A stretch of DNA of 64,000 nt from the NCBI GenBank assembly GCA_944326335.1, contig CALVDM010000011.1, positions 1,746-65,745 of the forward strand, given 5' to 3'. This stretch comes from an uncultured Bacteroidales bacterium (GTDB lineage: Bacteria; Bacteroidota; Bacteroidia; Bacteroidales; UBA932). The notes under the pieces were generated by a model. That model searched no databases, was not told where the DNA came from, and saw only the letters and a program-made list of their open reading frames with translations. Positions 27,717 to 38,353 of the stretch are shown here, one piece after another; the first letter of the stretch is position 1; every line of letters starts with the position of its first letter. A program made the position numbers and the translations under genes.

Positions 27717-28958
27717 ATGAAAAAAATCAGAAAAAGCCACGCAATAGGGATGATATTGGGCATCATCCTTCTCCTGTGCTGCATAATCATAGCCAATCTC
27801 GGGAATATGGGGCATGACAACGGCAAGCCTGCCAAGTACATATTCCTATTCATCGGAGACGGGATGGGGGCATCCCATGTGGCAGCCACGGAATCCTATC
27901 TTTCGTATCTTGAAGGAGGCCACGGATTCAAGCAGGTTTCATTCACGAAGTTCCCTATTCTCGGCATGACGACGACGTTCTCAGCAGACAAGAACGTGAC
28001 CTGTTCTTCGGCAGCAGGGACGGCGATAGCTACAGGTAAAAAGACGATAAACGGCCGTCTCGGCATCAGTCCCGATGGAGACACGCTGAAAAGCGTCGCA
28101 TCCATACTCAAGGAAAAGGGCTACAAGGTGGCCATAATGAGTTCCGTACCCGTGAACCATGCGACACCGGCTTCATTCTACGGACATAACACAAGCAGGT
28201 ACGACTACTACGGGATAACCAAGGAGATTCCTGTCAGCGGGTTCGACCTCTACGCCGGGTCCGGCTTCCTCGACTACGACAACAAAGGCAAGAGCATAAA
28301 TTCAAAGGACTACCTGCAGAAACGCGGATATACCGTATGCTTCGGAGAAGAGGAGTTCGACTCCGCGACAAGTTCCGGAGCGGAGAAAATTGTGGTATGC
28401 CAGGAAAGCGGCCGTGAAAAAAGCGTGTCGGACTATTTCGTCGGCAAGACACCGGAGACAGACATGACATCGGATGAGATGCTCAGGAAAAGCATAGAAT
28501 TCCTCGGGGAAAAGTCCCCTTTCTTCATAATGTATGAGCAAGGGGAAATCGACTGGGCCGCTCATGACAACAAGACAATGCCGATGATTGAAAGCGTACA
28601 ACGGCTTGACGAGGCTGTCAAAGTCGCTATCGATTTCTACAACAGGCATCCTGACGAGACCCTGATAGTGGTTACGGCCGACCATGAGACCGGAGGGATA
28701 GCACTCGGGGCAACAGAGACCTGGGGAGAAGTCAACCTCGGATGGAAAGTGCTGGACAGCCTCAACAAGACAGGGGTGTTCTACAGCGAGACTGATTCGG
28801 ACTGGAACAGGAAGGAGAACGACCAGGCTTACATCGGATGGACAACGCACGGGCACACCGGCTCGCCGGTCCCGGTCTATGCCATCGGAAAGGGCGCGGA
28901 GCGGTTCTCCGGCAGATATGACAACACTGATATTAAGGGTAAACTATTGGCTGAATGA
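27717..28958 (+). CDS. alkaline phosphatase
   Basis: FIGDGMG, VTCSSAAGTA, HATPA, GEIDWAAHDN, TADHETGG, HTG. Confidence 0.92.
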   Translation: MKKIRKSHAIGMILGIILLLCCIIIANLGNMGHDNGKPAKYIFLFIGDGMGASHVAATESYLSYLEGGHGFKQVSFTKFPILGMTTTFSADKNVTCSSAAGTAIATGKKTINGRLGISPDGDTLKSVASILKEKGYKVAIMSSVPVNHATPASFYGHNTSRYDYYGITKEIPVSGFDLYAGSGFLDYDNKGKSINSKDYLQKRGYTVCFGEEEFDSATSSGAEKIVVCQESGREKSVSDYFVGKTPETDMTSDEMLRKSIEFLGEKSPFFIMYEQGEIDWAAHDNKTMPMIESVQRLDEAVKVAIDFYNRHPDETLIVVTADHETGGIALGATETWGEVNLGWKVLDSLNKTGVFYSETDSDWNRKENDQAYIGWTTHGHTGSPVPVYAIGKGAERFSGRYDNTDIKGKLLAE

Positions 28959-28969
28959 CGGGAAAGTTT

Positions 28970-28977
28970 TATCTTTG
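28970..28977 (+). promoter_or_regulatory. -7 box for asnS-udk
   Basis: TATCTTTG 24 nt before ATG 29002. Confidence 0.6.
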
Positions 28978-29001
28978 CATGTTTAAAAAGGAAAAGCGGA
29001 T

Positions 29002-30384
29002 ATGAGAACCAAAGTCAAAGATTTGCTGAAAAGCGAGCCATGCGGCGAAGTTGTCGCAAAAGGCTGGGTCAGGACAAAAAGAGGAAACAGGAACATAGCT
29101 TTCATAGCATTGAATGACGGTTCTACGATAAACAATATACAGATTGTGGTTGAGACTGCCGCATTCAGCGAAGATATCCTCAAGAAAATCACTACAGGTG
29201 CGTGCATAGGAGTAAAGGGTGCCCTCGTGAAGTCCGTCGGCAGCGGACAGGCCGTGGAAATCCAGGCAAAGGAAATCACAGTATATGGAGAGGCCAACCC
29301 GGACAGCTACCCGCTCCAGAAGAAGGGGCACTCGATGGAGTTCCTCAGGACGATAGCACATCTCCGGCCGAGGACCAATACCTTCGGTGCAGTGCTCAGA
29401 ATCAGGCACGCCATGGCTTTTGCCATACACAAATACTTCAACGACAAAGGATTCGTATATCTTCACACACCGATAATCACAGCCTCAGACTGCGAGGGTG
29501 CAGGAGAAATGTTCCAGGTCACTACTCTTGACCTGAATAACCCGCCGAGGACAGAGGACGGCCAGGTCGACTATTCCCAGGACTTCTTCGGGAAGCAGAC
29601 GAGCCTCACGGTAAGCGGACAGCTCGAAGGCGAACTCGGGGCAATGGCTCTCGGGGAAATCTATACGTTCGGGCCTACATTCAGGGCCGAGAACTCCAAC
29701 ACTCCGAGGCATCTTGCGGAATTCTGGATGATTGAACCGGAAATGGCCTTCTACGACATAGAAGACAATATGGAACTTGCCGAGGATTTCATCAAATACC
29801 TTGTGAGATACGCCCTCGAGAACTGCATGGACGACATACGCTTCCTCAACGACATGTTCGACAAGGAGCTTATAGAACGGCTTGAAAGCGTGATAAAGAC
29901 CGACTTCGTAAGGCTCACATACACCGAAGGCATAAAGATACTCGAGGAATCCGGAGAAAAGTTCGAATTCCCTGTAAGCTGGGGTGTGGACCTTCAGAGC
30001 GAGCACGAGAGATACCTTGTCGAGAAACATTTCAAGAGACCTGTGATAATGACAGACTACCCCAAGGAGATAAAAGCGTTCTACATGAAGCAGAACGAGG
30101 ACGGGAAGACTGTCAGGGGGATGGATGTGCTCTTCCCTAAAATCGGTGAAATCATAGGCGGTTCCGAAAGGGAAGCCTCGCTCGAAAAGCTCGAGGCCAG
30201 GATTTCCGAACTCGGAATGAGCAGGAACACTCTCGAATGGTACCTTGACACAAGAAGATTCGGGTCGGCACCGCACAGCGGATTCGGGCTCGGATTCGAA
30301 AGGCTTCTGCTTTTCGTGACGGGCATGGGCAACATCAGGGATGTGATACCTTTCCCGAGAACACCGAAGAACGCTGAATATTAA
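29002..30384 (+). CDS. asnS: asparagine--tRNA ligase
   Basis: OB-fold N-terminus, [37 protein letters not shown]. Confidence 0.97.
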   Translation: MRTKVKDLLKSEPCGEVVAKGWVRTKRGNRNIAFIALNDGSTINNIQIVVETAAFSEDILKKITTGACIGVKGALVKSVGSGQAVEIQAKEITVYGEANPDSYPLQKKGHSMEFLRTIAHLRPRTNTFGAVLRIRHAMAFAIHKYFNDKGFVYLHTPIITASDCEGAGEMFQVTTLDLNNPPRTEDGQVDYSQDFFGKQTSLTVSGQLEGELGAMALGEIYTFGPTFRAENSNTPRHLAEFWMIEPEMAFYDIEDNMELAEDFIKYLVRYALENCMDDIRFLNDMFDKELIERLESVIKTDFVRLTYTEGIKILEESGEKFEFPVSWGVDLQSEHERYLVEKHFKRPVIMTDYPKEIKAFYMKQNEDGKTVRGMDVLFPKIGEIIGGSEREASLEKLEARISELGMSRNTLEWYLDTRRFGSAPHSGFGLGFERLLLFVTGMGNIRDVIPFPRTPKNAEY

Positions 30385-30396
30385 CAAAGGAAAGAC

Positions 30397-31014
30397 ATGC
30401 TGGTAATCGGAATAGCAGGTGGCTCCGGGTCGGGAAAAACCACCGTCGTCCAGGCAATCACCAAGAACCTGAAGGAGAATGTCGTGGTCATACCGCAGGA
30501 TTCCTACTACAAGGACTCGAGCTTCCTTCCGCTGGAAGAACGGCAGAAAGTGAATTTCGACCATCCGGACTCCATCGACTTCAAGCTGCTCAACGAGCAT
30601 CTGAGGCTTCTGAAATGCGGAAACAGCATCGACCAGCCTGTCTATTCCTACCTGACCTGCTCCCGCTCAAAGACGGAGACGGTGAGGGTCAATCCTGCCG
30701 ATGTCATAATAGTGGAAGGAATACTGATATTCACCTGTGCCGAACTGCGGGAACAGATGGACATAAAGATATTCGTTGACGCTGACGATGACGACAGGCT
30801 CATGAGGGTCATGGCAAGGGACATCCTCGAAAGGGGAAAGACCGTCGAGACCGTGATTGAAAGATACAGCAAGACAGTCAAGCCGATGTACCTGCAGTTC
30901 ATCGAACCGAGCAAGAGATATGCTGACATCATCATCCCGCAGGGCGGACACAACAAGGTTGCCATAGACATCATTTCCGCCACCATCGAGAAAGCCCTGC
31001 ATGAAAAGAAATGA
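30397..31014 (+). CDS. udk: uridine kinase
   Basis: GIAGGSGSGKTT, QDSYY, NFDHPD, IVEGIL, FIEPSKRYADIIIP. Confidence 0.95.
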   Translation: MLVIGIAGGSGSGKTTVVQAITKNLKENVVVIPQDSYYKDSSFLPLEERQKVNFDHPDSIDFKLLNEHLRLLKCGNSIDQPVYSYLTCSRSKTETVRVNPADVIIVEGILIFTCAELREQMDIKIFVDADDDDRLMRVMARDILERGKTVETVIERYSKTVKPMYLQFIEPSKRYADIIIPQGGHNKVAIDIISATIEKALHEKK

Positions 31015-31790
31015 AGTTCTTCCGTAAGCCCGGCAAGGCTGGACTTGCCGCGAAAATCCCCGGAGAGGACAAATCGGGACTGTATCTGACCGTGACAGTG
31101 CATGTCGCGGCTGTCATTGTGCTTCTCATATTCCAGTTGAGCACCACCCTCAGAGGAGGGACATCCTATCTATTCGACTTTTCCGGCATAGACCAGAAAG
31201 AGCAGGAAGCCCGCGAGAGCGAGTTCAGGGAAAGCATAAGCGACAGGCTCGATGAACTTATCGCGGCCGGAGGTCTTCCGTATGCCCCTGACATGGCAGA
31301 AGGGAGCGATATCAGGAACATAGCCGTGGATGCCGGAAATTCGGGACATCTCACAGACGACAGGAATACCGATGCAGAACAGCTGTACAGGGATGCCGAG
31401 CGTCTTGAGAAGGAACTTGCGAGCGGTGCCTTCGCTGCCGAACCTGAAGACGAAGGAAGTTTCGCCTCCATGCAGGACGGGGACACCGGGAAGGAGACAG
31501 CCGTCTACACCGGCCCTTCCGTAATATCATACTCGCTTGACGGCAGAAAAGCCCGCTATCTTCCGGTTCCGGCATACAGGTGCCAGGGAAGCGGAGATGT
31601 CACCGTACGGATAACCGTGGAGCAGTCCGGTAAGGTTGTGGGCGCGGAAATCGTTGACGAATTTTCTTCACCCGACAGATGCCAGCGGGAATACGCAAAG
31701 AAGGCTGCAATGATGTCCATATTCACGTCATCTCTTGCAGCCGACAGAAAGCAGTATGGGGAAATCGTCTACAGATTCATAGCCCAGTAG
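31011..31790 (+). CDS. TonB-like energy transducer
   Basis: N-terminal TM containing His (TVTVH); C-terminal TonB-like G.VTVRITVEQSGKV...GEIVYRF. Confidence 0.75.
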   Translation: MKFFRKPGKAGLAAKIPGEDKSGLYLTVTVHVAAVIVLLIFQLSTTLRGGTSYLFDFSGIDQKEQEARESEFRESISDRLDELIAAGGLPYAPDMAEGSDIRNIAVDAGNSGHLTDDRNTDAEQLYRDAERLEKELASGAFAAEPEDEGSFASMQDGDTGKETAVYTGPSVISYSLDGRKARYLPVPAYRCQGSGDVTVRITVEQSGKVVGAEIVDEFSSPDRCQREYAKKAAMMSIFTSSLAADRKQYGEIVYRFIAQ

Positions 31791-33357
31791 TTTCAATTGC
31801 CTTGGCCACCGTCTCGTCTATCTCGAGATAGAACCGGTAGAACGCCTCGTCGTCCAGTTTGGAATACCGGCCTGTCAGAGCCTTTATCTGAGGCATCATG
31901 TAAGTGTCGAAATCCTTCTCCTCGGAAGGTTTCAGCACCACCCCTTCACCAGCCGCATATTCCAGGAACCTGGACTTCAGGTCGAGAGCATCGAGATACC
32001 TTGAAAGCGCACCGAAGTCGTCAATGCTCGCAAGCGTCCTTCTGTATCTGTCGAACATTGCGGAAGCAAAGCGCATCTGAAGAGCCTTCTTGTTGCTCTG
32101 GATGAAGAAATCGCCGGCTCTCGTCGTGTCCACGGGCACGAATACGTCCGGGACTATTCCCCCTCCCCCATATACTATACGCCCGTTCCTTGTCCTGTAT
32201 TCTTTGGAACGGTCTATCTTTATGCTGTCAGCATCCGTCATCTCCCCGTGCGCATACCTCTCGTAGATGTCATAAGCATAGTCATCGGAATACGGTTTCT
32301 GTATGCACCTTCCGGACGGGGTGTAGAAGCGTGACACCGTGAGCCTTATCCCGGACCCGTCAGTAAAGTTTATCGGTTCCTGTACAAGGCCCTTCCCGAA
32401 AGAGCGGCGTCCGACAATCACTCCTCTGTCGTTGTCCTGCATTGCACCGGCGAAAATTTCGCTCGAAGATGCTGAAGATTCGTTTATGAGGACCACGAGT
32501 CCGATATCCTGAAGCCTGCCGCGGCCGTCGGCCTCGAAATCCTGACGCTTTCTGTGCAGTCCCTCCATATAGACCACAGGGTCTCCTTCGGCAAGAAATT
32601 CATTGCAGACAAGGAAAGCCTGGTCGAAATATCCTCCGGTATTGTCCCTGAGGTCGAATATGAGCTTGCTCATCCCCGAGGCGAGAAGTTTGTCCGCAGC
32701 CGCAGAGAACTCCTGGTAAGTGGTCCTCGTGAACTTTGAAAGCCTTATGTAGCCTGTCGTATCATTTATCATGAAGGCGGCATCCACGCAATGAACAGGG
32801 ATTTTGCCCCTGGTTATCTCGAACGGGATATCCGTGCCGTCCCTTCTGACCGTGACAAGGACCTTGGAACCGGCGGGTCCCTTCATCCGGGCCACCATGC
32901 TGTCCTGCGGAGTCCTGTTGCCGGCTATCACGGACGAGTCAACCTTCATTATCCTGTCCCCCTGCATCAGTCCGGCCTTTTCCGACGGGCCGCCCGGAAT
33001 CACATTAAGGACAATGGCTGTGTCGTTCGGCACATTGAACTGTATGCCTATCCCCTCGAAATTCCCGGCGAGTTCCGTTTCGGAAGCCTCGAGCTGGACA
33101 GGAGGGAGATACACGGTGTGGGGGTCCAGCCTGGACAAGGCCGCTTCGACGGCGGCATCCGTCATCGCCTTCATGTCTATGGTATCGACATAGTTCTTCT
33201 CGACCTCGTAGAGTATGAGATTCAGTTTCCTCCAGCGGTCGTAGTCTCCGTCAAACTTCTTCCTGTCCCCGGTAAACCTGATTACCAGCAATGTGGCAAG
33301 CACACCGAGAACCACGCCGAACAATGCAATCAGCGCAGTGTATGTCCTGTCCTTCAT
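31777..33357 (-). CDS. S41 family C-terminal processing peptidase with PDZ domain
   Basis: LDPHTVY, FEGIGIQF, DLRDNTGG, SASSSEIFAGAMQD, SFGKGLVQ, FYTPSGRCIQ. Confidence 0.93.
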   Translation of the reverse strand: MKDRTYTALIALFGVVLGVLATLLVIRFTGDRKKFDGDYDRWRKLNLILYEVEKNYVDTIDMKAMTDAAVEAALSRLDPHTVYLPPVQLEASETELAGNFEGIGIQFNVPNDTAIVLNVIPGGPSEKAGLMQGDRIMKVDSSVIAGNRTPQDSMVARMKGPAGSKVLVTVRRDGTDIPFEITRGKIPVHCVDAAFMINDTTGYIRLSKFTRTTYQEFSAAADKLLASGMSKLIFDLRDNTGGYFDQAFLVCNEFLAEGDPVVYMEGLHRKRQDFEADGRGRLQDIGLVVLINESSASSSEIFAGAMQDNDRGVIVGRRSFGKGLVQEPINFTDGSGIRLTVSRFYTPSGRCIQKPYSDDYAYDIYERYAHGEMTDADSIKIDRSKEYRTRNGRIVYGGGGIVPDVFVPVDTTRAGDFFIQSNKKALQMRFASAMFDRYRRTLASIDDFGALSRYLDALDLKSRFLEYAAGEGVVLKPSEEKDFDTYMMPQIKALTGRYSKLDDEAFYRFYLEIDETVAKAIETTGL

Positions 33358-33359
33358 TT

Positions 33360-33773
33360 TCAATCCACTTTTTCAACTTCTACACCAGCCTTGCGCAACA
33401 AATCCACGCCGTCCGTGAGCCTGTATTCGTCACGGTAGACGACACGCCTGATTCCGGCCTGGATTATGAGCTTCGCACATTCGAGACAAGGCGATGCCGT
33501 GACATACAGGGTCGCGTCCTGGCTGCTGTTTCCGGACTTGGCCACCTTGGTGATGGCATTTGCCTCCGCATGCAGGACATACGGCTTTGTAATGCCGTTC
33601 TCGTCTTCGCAGATATTCTCGAACCCTGACGGGGTGCCGTTATACCCGTCTGAAATAATCATCCTGTCCTTGACAAGGAGGGCGCCGACCTTACGGCGTT
33701 TGCAGTAAGAGTTCTGCGCCCAAATCGTCGCCATCTGAAGATAGCTGTGGTCGAATTTCTCCATCAATGTCAC
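33360..33773 (-). CDS. dCMP deaminase family protein
   Basis: GYNGTPSG, HAEANAI, SPCLEC; start at GTG 33773 or ATG 33764. Confidence 0.92.
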   Translation of the reverse strand: MTLMEKFDHSYLQMATIWAQNSYCKRRKVGALLVKDRMIISDGYNGTPSGFENICEDENGITKPYVLHAEANAITKVAKSGNSSQDATLYVTASPCLECAKLIIQAGIRRVVYRDEYRLTDGVDLLRKAGVEVEKVD

Positions 33774-35428
33774 CTCTGGTAAAGATACCTCTTGATGCTC
33801 CTCTTCGGAGTCCTTTCAAAATCTTCAGGCATAACCTCTATCTTCGATACCCGGGCATAATTCGGAAGTTCCTTGTTCGTGACAAGGAGCGAATTGTTGA
33901 GGTCCTGCTCCAGAGCCTCCCTGTCGAGGCCGTCCACTTCCGCCTGATGGAAATCCGGATATATCAGAGCAGTGAGCTGCCCATGGTCCTCTATGACGAG
34001 CGAGTCCACGACATAATGCATGTTGTTCAGCACGCTCTCAATCTCCTCCGGATAGATATTCTGGCCGGACGGGCCGAGTATCATGCACTTGGAGCGTCCC
34101 CTGAGATAGAGGTAGCCATCCTTGTCCATCACACCCATGTCGCCGGTACGGAACCATCCGTCCTTTGTGAACACGGCTTCTGTCGCCTCCTCGTTCTTGA
34201 AATAGCCGAGGAACACGTTCATACCCTTGACAAGCACCTCTCCAGGCACCGTGTCCGGTTCCGGGGAATCTATCTTTATCTCCATGTTCGGAGCCGTCTT
34301 CCCGCAGGAGAATTCCCTGTTGGTCTTCCAGTCGTCATAGGATATGATAGGGGCACACTCTGTCATGCCGTACCCTACTGTGAACGGGAAGTTTATCTTC
34401 TTGAAGAAAGACTCGACCTCCTTATTGAATGCCGCGCCGCCGATTATCACTTCCTCGAATTTTCCTCCGAACGCGTTCACGAGCTCCGTGCGTATCTTCT
34501 TCATGAGCATCTGGTTCAGTCCTGGCACCTTTGTAAGGAACTTTATGCCGCTCTTGTCGAGCAATGGCTTGAGTTTGGACTTGTAGACCTTCTCGATGAT
34601 GAGAGGCACGGCAATCACGATGTCAGGCTTCACTTCGGAAAGGGCCTGCATTATTATCTTCGGGCTCGGCACCCTGGTAAGGAAGTGGACATGGGCCCCG
34701 ACGGTCAGTTCGAAAAGCACCTCGAACATCATGCCGTACATGTGGGCTGAAGGAAGCATGGCCACCACATTGGAAGTGTTGCCTATCATTGGGAGAACCC
34801 CCATGGCAAAGCATATATTGGAATAGAGCGCCCTGTAAGGAATCATCACTCCCTTCGAAAAGCCGGATGTACCGGATGTGTAGTTTATGAGGGCGAGCTC
34901 GTCTGCGGAATCCTCATAGTATTCTATGCTTTCCGGAGTGAAATTCATCGGATATTTCTGTCCGAAATATTCGTTCAGATGCTCCCTGACGTTCTTTATC
35001 TCATCTGTCTTCGTATAGAGCAGGGAAAGTGTGTTTATCTGTATTACGGCGAGCAGTTCCGGCATCTCCGTCTCCGTGAGCCCCTCCCATACCACATCGT
35101 CAACAAAAAGAATCTTCGCCTCGGAATGGTTTACGAGATGGTGTATGTTCCCCGGCTTGAACTCATGGAGGATAGGCACAGGGACAGCGCCGTAGGTGAG
35201 TGCAGAGATGAACGACACGCCCCAGTTGGCCTGGTTGCGTGAACATATAGCCACCTTGTCGCCCCTGGAAAGTCCGCAACGCTCATACATGATGTGCATT
35301 TTGGCGATTCTGCGCGCAACATCGCGGTAATGCAGCGTAACCCCCTGGTAATTGGACAACGCCGGGCGGTCCCAATTTTCTCTGAAACTTTTTTCGTAAA
35401 GTTTGTTTACGGATTTAAATTCAATCAT
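33770..35428 (-). CDS. long-chain fatty acid--CoA ligase
   Basis: YTSGTSGFSKG, GYGMTE, GWFRTGD, GQNIYPEEIE. Confidence 0.92.
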   Translation of the reverse strand: MIEFKSVNKLYEKSFRENWDRPALSNYQGVTLHYRDVARRIAKMHIMYERCGLSRGDKVAICSRNQANWGVSFISALTYGAVPVPILHEFKPGNIHHLVNHSEAKILFVDDVVWEGLTETEMPELLAVIQINTLSLLYTKTDEIKNVREHLNEYFGQKYPMNFTPESIEYYEDSADELALINYTSGTSGFSKGVMIPYRALYSNICFAMGVLPMIGNTSNVVAMLPSAHMYGMMFEVLFELTVGAHVHFLTRVPSPKIIMQALSEVKPDIVIAVPLIIEKVYKSKLKPLLDKSGIKFLTKVPGLNQMLMKKIRTELVNAFGGKFEEVIIGGAAFNKEVESFFKKINFPFTVGYGMTECAPIISYDDWKTNREFSCGKTAPNMEIKIDSPEPDTVPGEVLVKGMNVFLGYFKNEEATEAVFTKDGWFRTGDMGVMDKDGYLYLRGRSKCMILGPSGQNIYPEEIESVLNNMHYVVDSLVIEDHGQLTALIYPDFHQAEVDGLDREALEQDLNNSLLVTNKELPNYARVSKIEVMPEDFERTPKRSIKRYLYQR

Positions 35429-35455
35429 CTTAATCAGGTTATTATATGTGTGCAA

Positions 35456-37741
35456 TTATTTCCCAGCAATTTTGACCTGGTGCTTCCTGCCGTCATAGCA
35501 GACCACCTCAACGGTCCCGTCTTTTCCCGGGACGACTTCGCTGTCCGGGCGGATCATCCGGTCACCTTCGAACCTGGTCAGCGGTTCACCGCCGTAGAAT
35601 CCGAATATCAGCGTCTGTATGGATGTCCTCACCACCCAATATGTGCTGCCGTTCACCCTTATGCGCTCCGGCAGGCCCTTTATGGTCTCATCCGAAGTGA
35701 TGGTCTTCCACTGCGGAGGCCTGCGTCCCTGGAGGTTGTACATCTCTATCGTGTTGTCTGTGTGCAGAATCATTACATTGTATTTCCTCTTCCCGGAAAA
35801 GTCGTAGACATCCGGACCGATGAGCACAGGCTTGCCGAGCTCGACAGGGAACGGGTTGACGAACCTCCCGAGCCTGTCAATCAGATACAGTTTCGAGCCT
35901 GCCGCAAAAAGTATCTGGAGCTTGCCGTTTGCGAAATAGTCCACTGTCTCGGCCCGTCCGCATATCGGGGCGTTGAATTCCACTCCCCAGATGCCCTTGC
36001 CGTCCTCCTCCTGAAGGCACAGATACAGATTGTCCTGCTGGTAGAACCGGTTCCACCTGCCTGTGCCGGAGTTCTTGACCCTGAACGGACCTTCGGGCAC
36101 CACGACTTCGGTATCGCGCTCGAACGTCGGAGCCTTGCTCCTGGTCACTACCGTCCTGCACGAGGACACGTCCACCAGGATTCCTGCCTTGTCTTCCGAA
36201 ACGGTCAGGAAAAGAGGCTCGTACGATATGCCTTCAAGAGACTTGTCCACCGCCGGGAGGAAATTCCCCGAGAACAGGGACTTGTTGAACGCCCTGTCTT
36301 CCGACAGCGAAAGGTATGAAGTGAAATATACGTTCCTTCCGGACATCGGATTCCCGACTCCGGCATCGGAAAGATATTCAGCCAGAGTATATTCCCTTGC
36401 CCTTCCGCCAGCATATTCGGCAAGTGCAGTGCGGCTTCCTATAATCATCCACTCCCCGTCCACGAGAAAGCAGGACTCGTCCTCGAGGGAGAACATCCCG
36501 CCGAAAAGCAGGGACAGATATCCGCCGTAACCGTATCTGAAAATCCTGCGCTCGCAACTGTCCTTCGTCACATCCCCGATTCCCTTGAAAAGCAGCGGGA
36601 AATTGAGTTTCTCCATCCGGACGAGCAATATCTTCTCGAGTTTTCCTCCTGTTACGAAAGACGCGGCAGAAACCTCCTTCAGGTTTATTGCACCGGCCCA
36701 GTCGACCGGGTCTATCCCGGTCTTCTTCTGCAGGGACGACCTGCGCCCCTCCACATCCCTGACAAGGGACATCGTCTCGGAGAAATCCATGTATGCCGAG
36801 GCATAGGCGGCTGCATTGTCCACAGGGACAGATGCCGCAGCCACCGTATAAGACGGAAGCACAGACGATACCTGTGGAGAAGAAGAGCCCACATTCATGT
36901 ACAAATCAAGGAAACAGTTTCTTCCATTCCCTGCGACAGGACGTCCTTTCATCGAAAATTCCCCGGCGGACATGTTCTCCACCGAGAATGCGATGCAGTC
37001 CGCGAATCTCCCGATGAATGAAGAGGATTTCCTGCCGGAAGGGGACAGAACCTCATCCGCAATCCCGTCCAGACCGGAATGAGGCAGGACGAGCAGGTCT
37101 TCCGACGAGGCCTTTACAACGGCTTCCGGCAGACCTTCCACATCCAGAACAGACACCTTGGCCTTCAGATGCCTCAGCGAAGACTGGACGAGTATGTCCG
37201 ACGGAGATATGAGCAGGAGGGACCTCTTTCTCAGAGGGTTGCCGGCCGGAAGGTAACCTGAGACATCTTCGTATGACGCAGTCATTCCGGCTTCCGTAGC
37301 AGCGGAAATCATGGCGGAAACCGAGGCAGACGGTTCATCCGACGCTTTTCCGGCATCTATTATCAGCAACGGTGTCAACTTTCCGATATTGTGAAGGGAA
37401 AGGACAGCCGGTGATGACATAAGGCTGCTGTAGAGGGATGATGATGACAAGGTCCCGGCAAGGAAAGCCGCCATCTTGCCAGAATCCGTACGGTCCATGA
37501 CAAAACTGCGCACTGGAGACTCATCTGCGGCCACAGCATCGAGCATGCGCCCGAATTCCTGGAATTTCAGGACCATTGACGCATCGGAAGGTACCGCTGA
37601 AAAGAGCATGGATTCCCTGTCGTCGGCAAGGCTGTCCCCGGACTCGCCAGTGCCGGAATAAAGGAAAGGAAGCGCAACCGCCACGATTATCACGAAGACA
37701 CCGATAAGCGACACGCAAAGGATTATCGTCTTTTTATTCAT
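35456..37741 (-). CDS. membrane-anchored hypothetical protein (DUF3352-like N-terminus, beta-rich C-terminus)
   Basis: 761-aa ORF with an N-terminal TM; C-terminal VDYFANGKLQILF repeat-like region. Confidence 0.7.
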   Translation of the reverse strand: MNKKTIILCVSLIGVFVIIVAVALPFLYSGTGESGDSLADDRESMLFSAVPSDASMVLKFQEFGRMLDAVAADESPVRSFVMDRTDSGKMAAFLAGTLSSSSLYSSLMSSPAVLSLHNIGKLTPLLIIDAGKASDEPSASVSAMISAATEAGMTASYEDVSGYLPAGNPLRKRSLLLISPSDILVQSSLRHLKAKVSVLDVEGLPEAVVKASSEDLLVLPHSGLDGIADEVLSPSGRKSSSFIGRFADCIAFSVENMSAGEFSMKGRPVAGNGRNCFLDLYMNVGSSSPQVSSVLPSYTVAAASVPVDNAAAYASAYMDFSETMSLVRDVEGRRSSLQKKTGIDPVDWAGAINLKEVSAASFVTGGKLEKILLVRMEKLNFPLLFKGIGDVTKDSCERRIFRYGYGGYLSLLFGGMFSLEDESCFLVDGEWMIIGSRTALAEYAGGRAREYTLAEYLSDAGVGNPMSGRNVYFTSYLSLSEDRAFNKSLFSGNFLPAVDKSLEGISYEPLFLTVSEDKAGILVDVSSCRTVVTRSKAPTFERDTEVVVPEGPFRVKNSGTGRWNRFYQQDNLYLCLQEEDGKGIWGVEFNAPICGRAETVDYFANGKLQILFAAGSKLYLIDRLGRFVNPFPVELGKPVLIGPDVYDFSGKRKYNVMILHTDNTIEMYNLQGRRPPQWKTITSDETIKGLPERIRVNGSTYWVVRTSIQTLIFGFYGGEPLTRFEGDRMIRPDSEVVPGKDGTVEVVCYDGRKHQVKIAGK

Positions 37742-37778
37742 TGCAAGCCGTTAAGCCCGCTTGCCCGCCCTGTCAAGG

Positions 37779-38153
37779 TCAGCGGACAGCTATGGCTTCG
37801 ATTTCCACTTTGACACCCATCGGAAGAGCGGCCACCTGGAAGCACGCCCTTGCAGGCTTCTCCACCTGGAAGAACTCGGAATAGACAGCGTTCATTGCAC
37901 CGAAATCAGCTATGTCGTCAAGCAGAACGGTAGTCTTGACCACGTTGGAGAAGTCGAGCCCCGCCTTCTCGAGTATGGCGCCGATATTCTTCAGAGACTG
38001 CCTTGTCTGGGCCTCAATGCCTTCCGGGACCGAACCGTCTGCCGGCACAACCGGAATCTGGCCTGATATGAAGAGCATGCCGTTGACTTCCACTGCCTGC
38101 GAATAAGGCCCGACAGCCTTGGGCGCGTTTTCTGTTGCAATTGTCTGTTTCAT
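37779..38153 (-). CDS. ridA: RidA family enamine/imine deaminase
   Basis: APKAVGPYSQA, FISGQIP, PARAC, LPMGVKVEIEAIA. Confidence 0.93.
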   Translation of the reverse strand: MKQTIATENAPKAVGPYSQAVEVNGMLFISGQIPVVPADGSVPEGIEAQTRQSLKNIGAILEKAGLDFSNVVKTTVLLDDIADFGAMNAVYSEFFQVEKPARACFQVAALPMGVKVEIEAIAVR

Positions 38154-38221
38154 GTCTGGATGAATCTTTAGAGTGCGAATATACGAATTATTTTTTATAA
38201 CTCATTCTGCTTCCGCCAGAA

Positions 38222-38260
38222 AGCAAAGAAGAAGCCGGCCCAAAATGTTGAGCCGGCTTC
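38222..38260 (-). terminator. rho-independent terminator after the tRNA
   Basis: GAAGCCGGC...GCCGGCTTC stem followed on the - strand by TTCTTTGCTT. Confidence 0.75.
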
Positions 38261-38264
38261 CTTG

Positions 38265-38336
38265 TAGCCCCGAGCAGAATCGAACTGCTATCTAAAGTTT
38301 AGGAAACTTCCATTCTATCCGTTGAACTACAGGGCC
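38265..38336 (-). tRNA. tRNA-Arg(CCT)
   Basis: Reverse complement GGCCCTGTAGTTCAACGGATAGAATGGAAGTTTCCTAAACTTTAGATAGCAGTTCGATTCTGCTCGGGGCTA folds as a cloverleaf; anticodon CCT; CCA not encoded. Confidence 0.93.
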
Positions 38337-38353
38337 ATTGACAGAAGACTGTC

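Noticed and set aside
38154-38265. tRNA-Arg 3' end as an integration site
   Set aside because: It is followed by a terminator and core ridA; no integrase or duplicated tRNA end was seen
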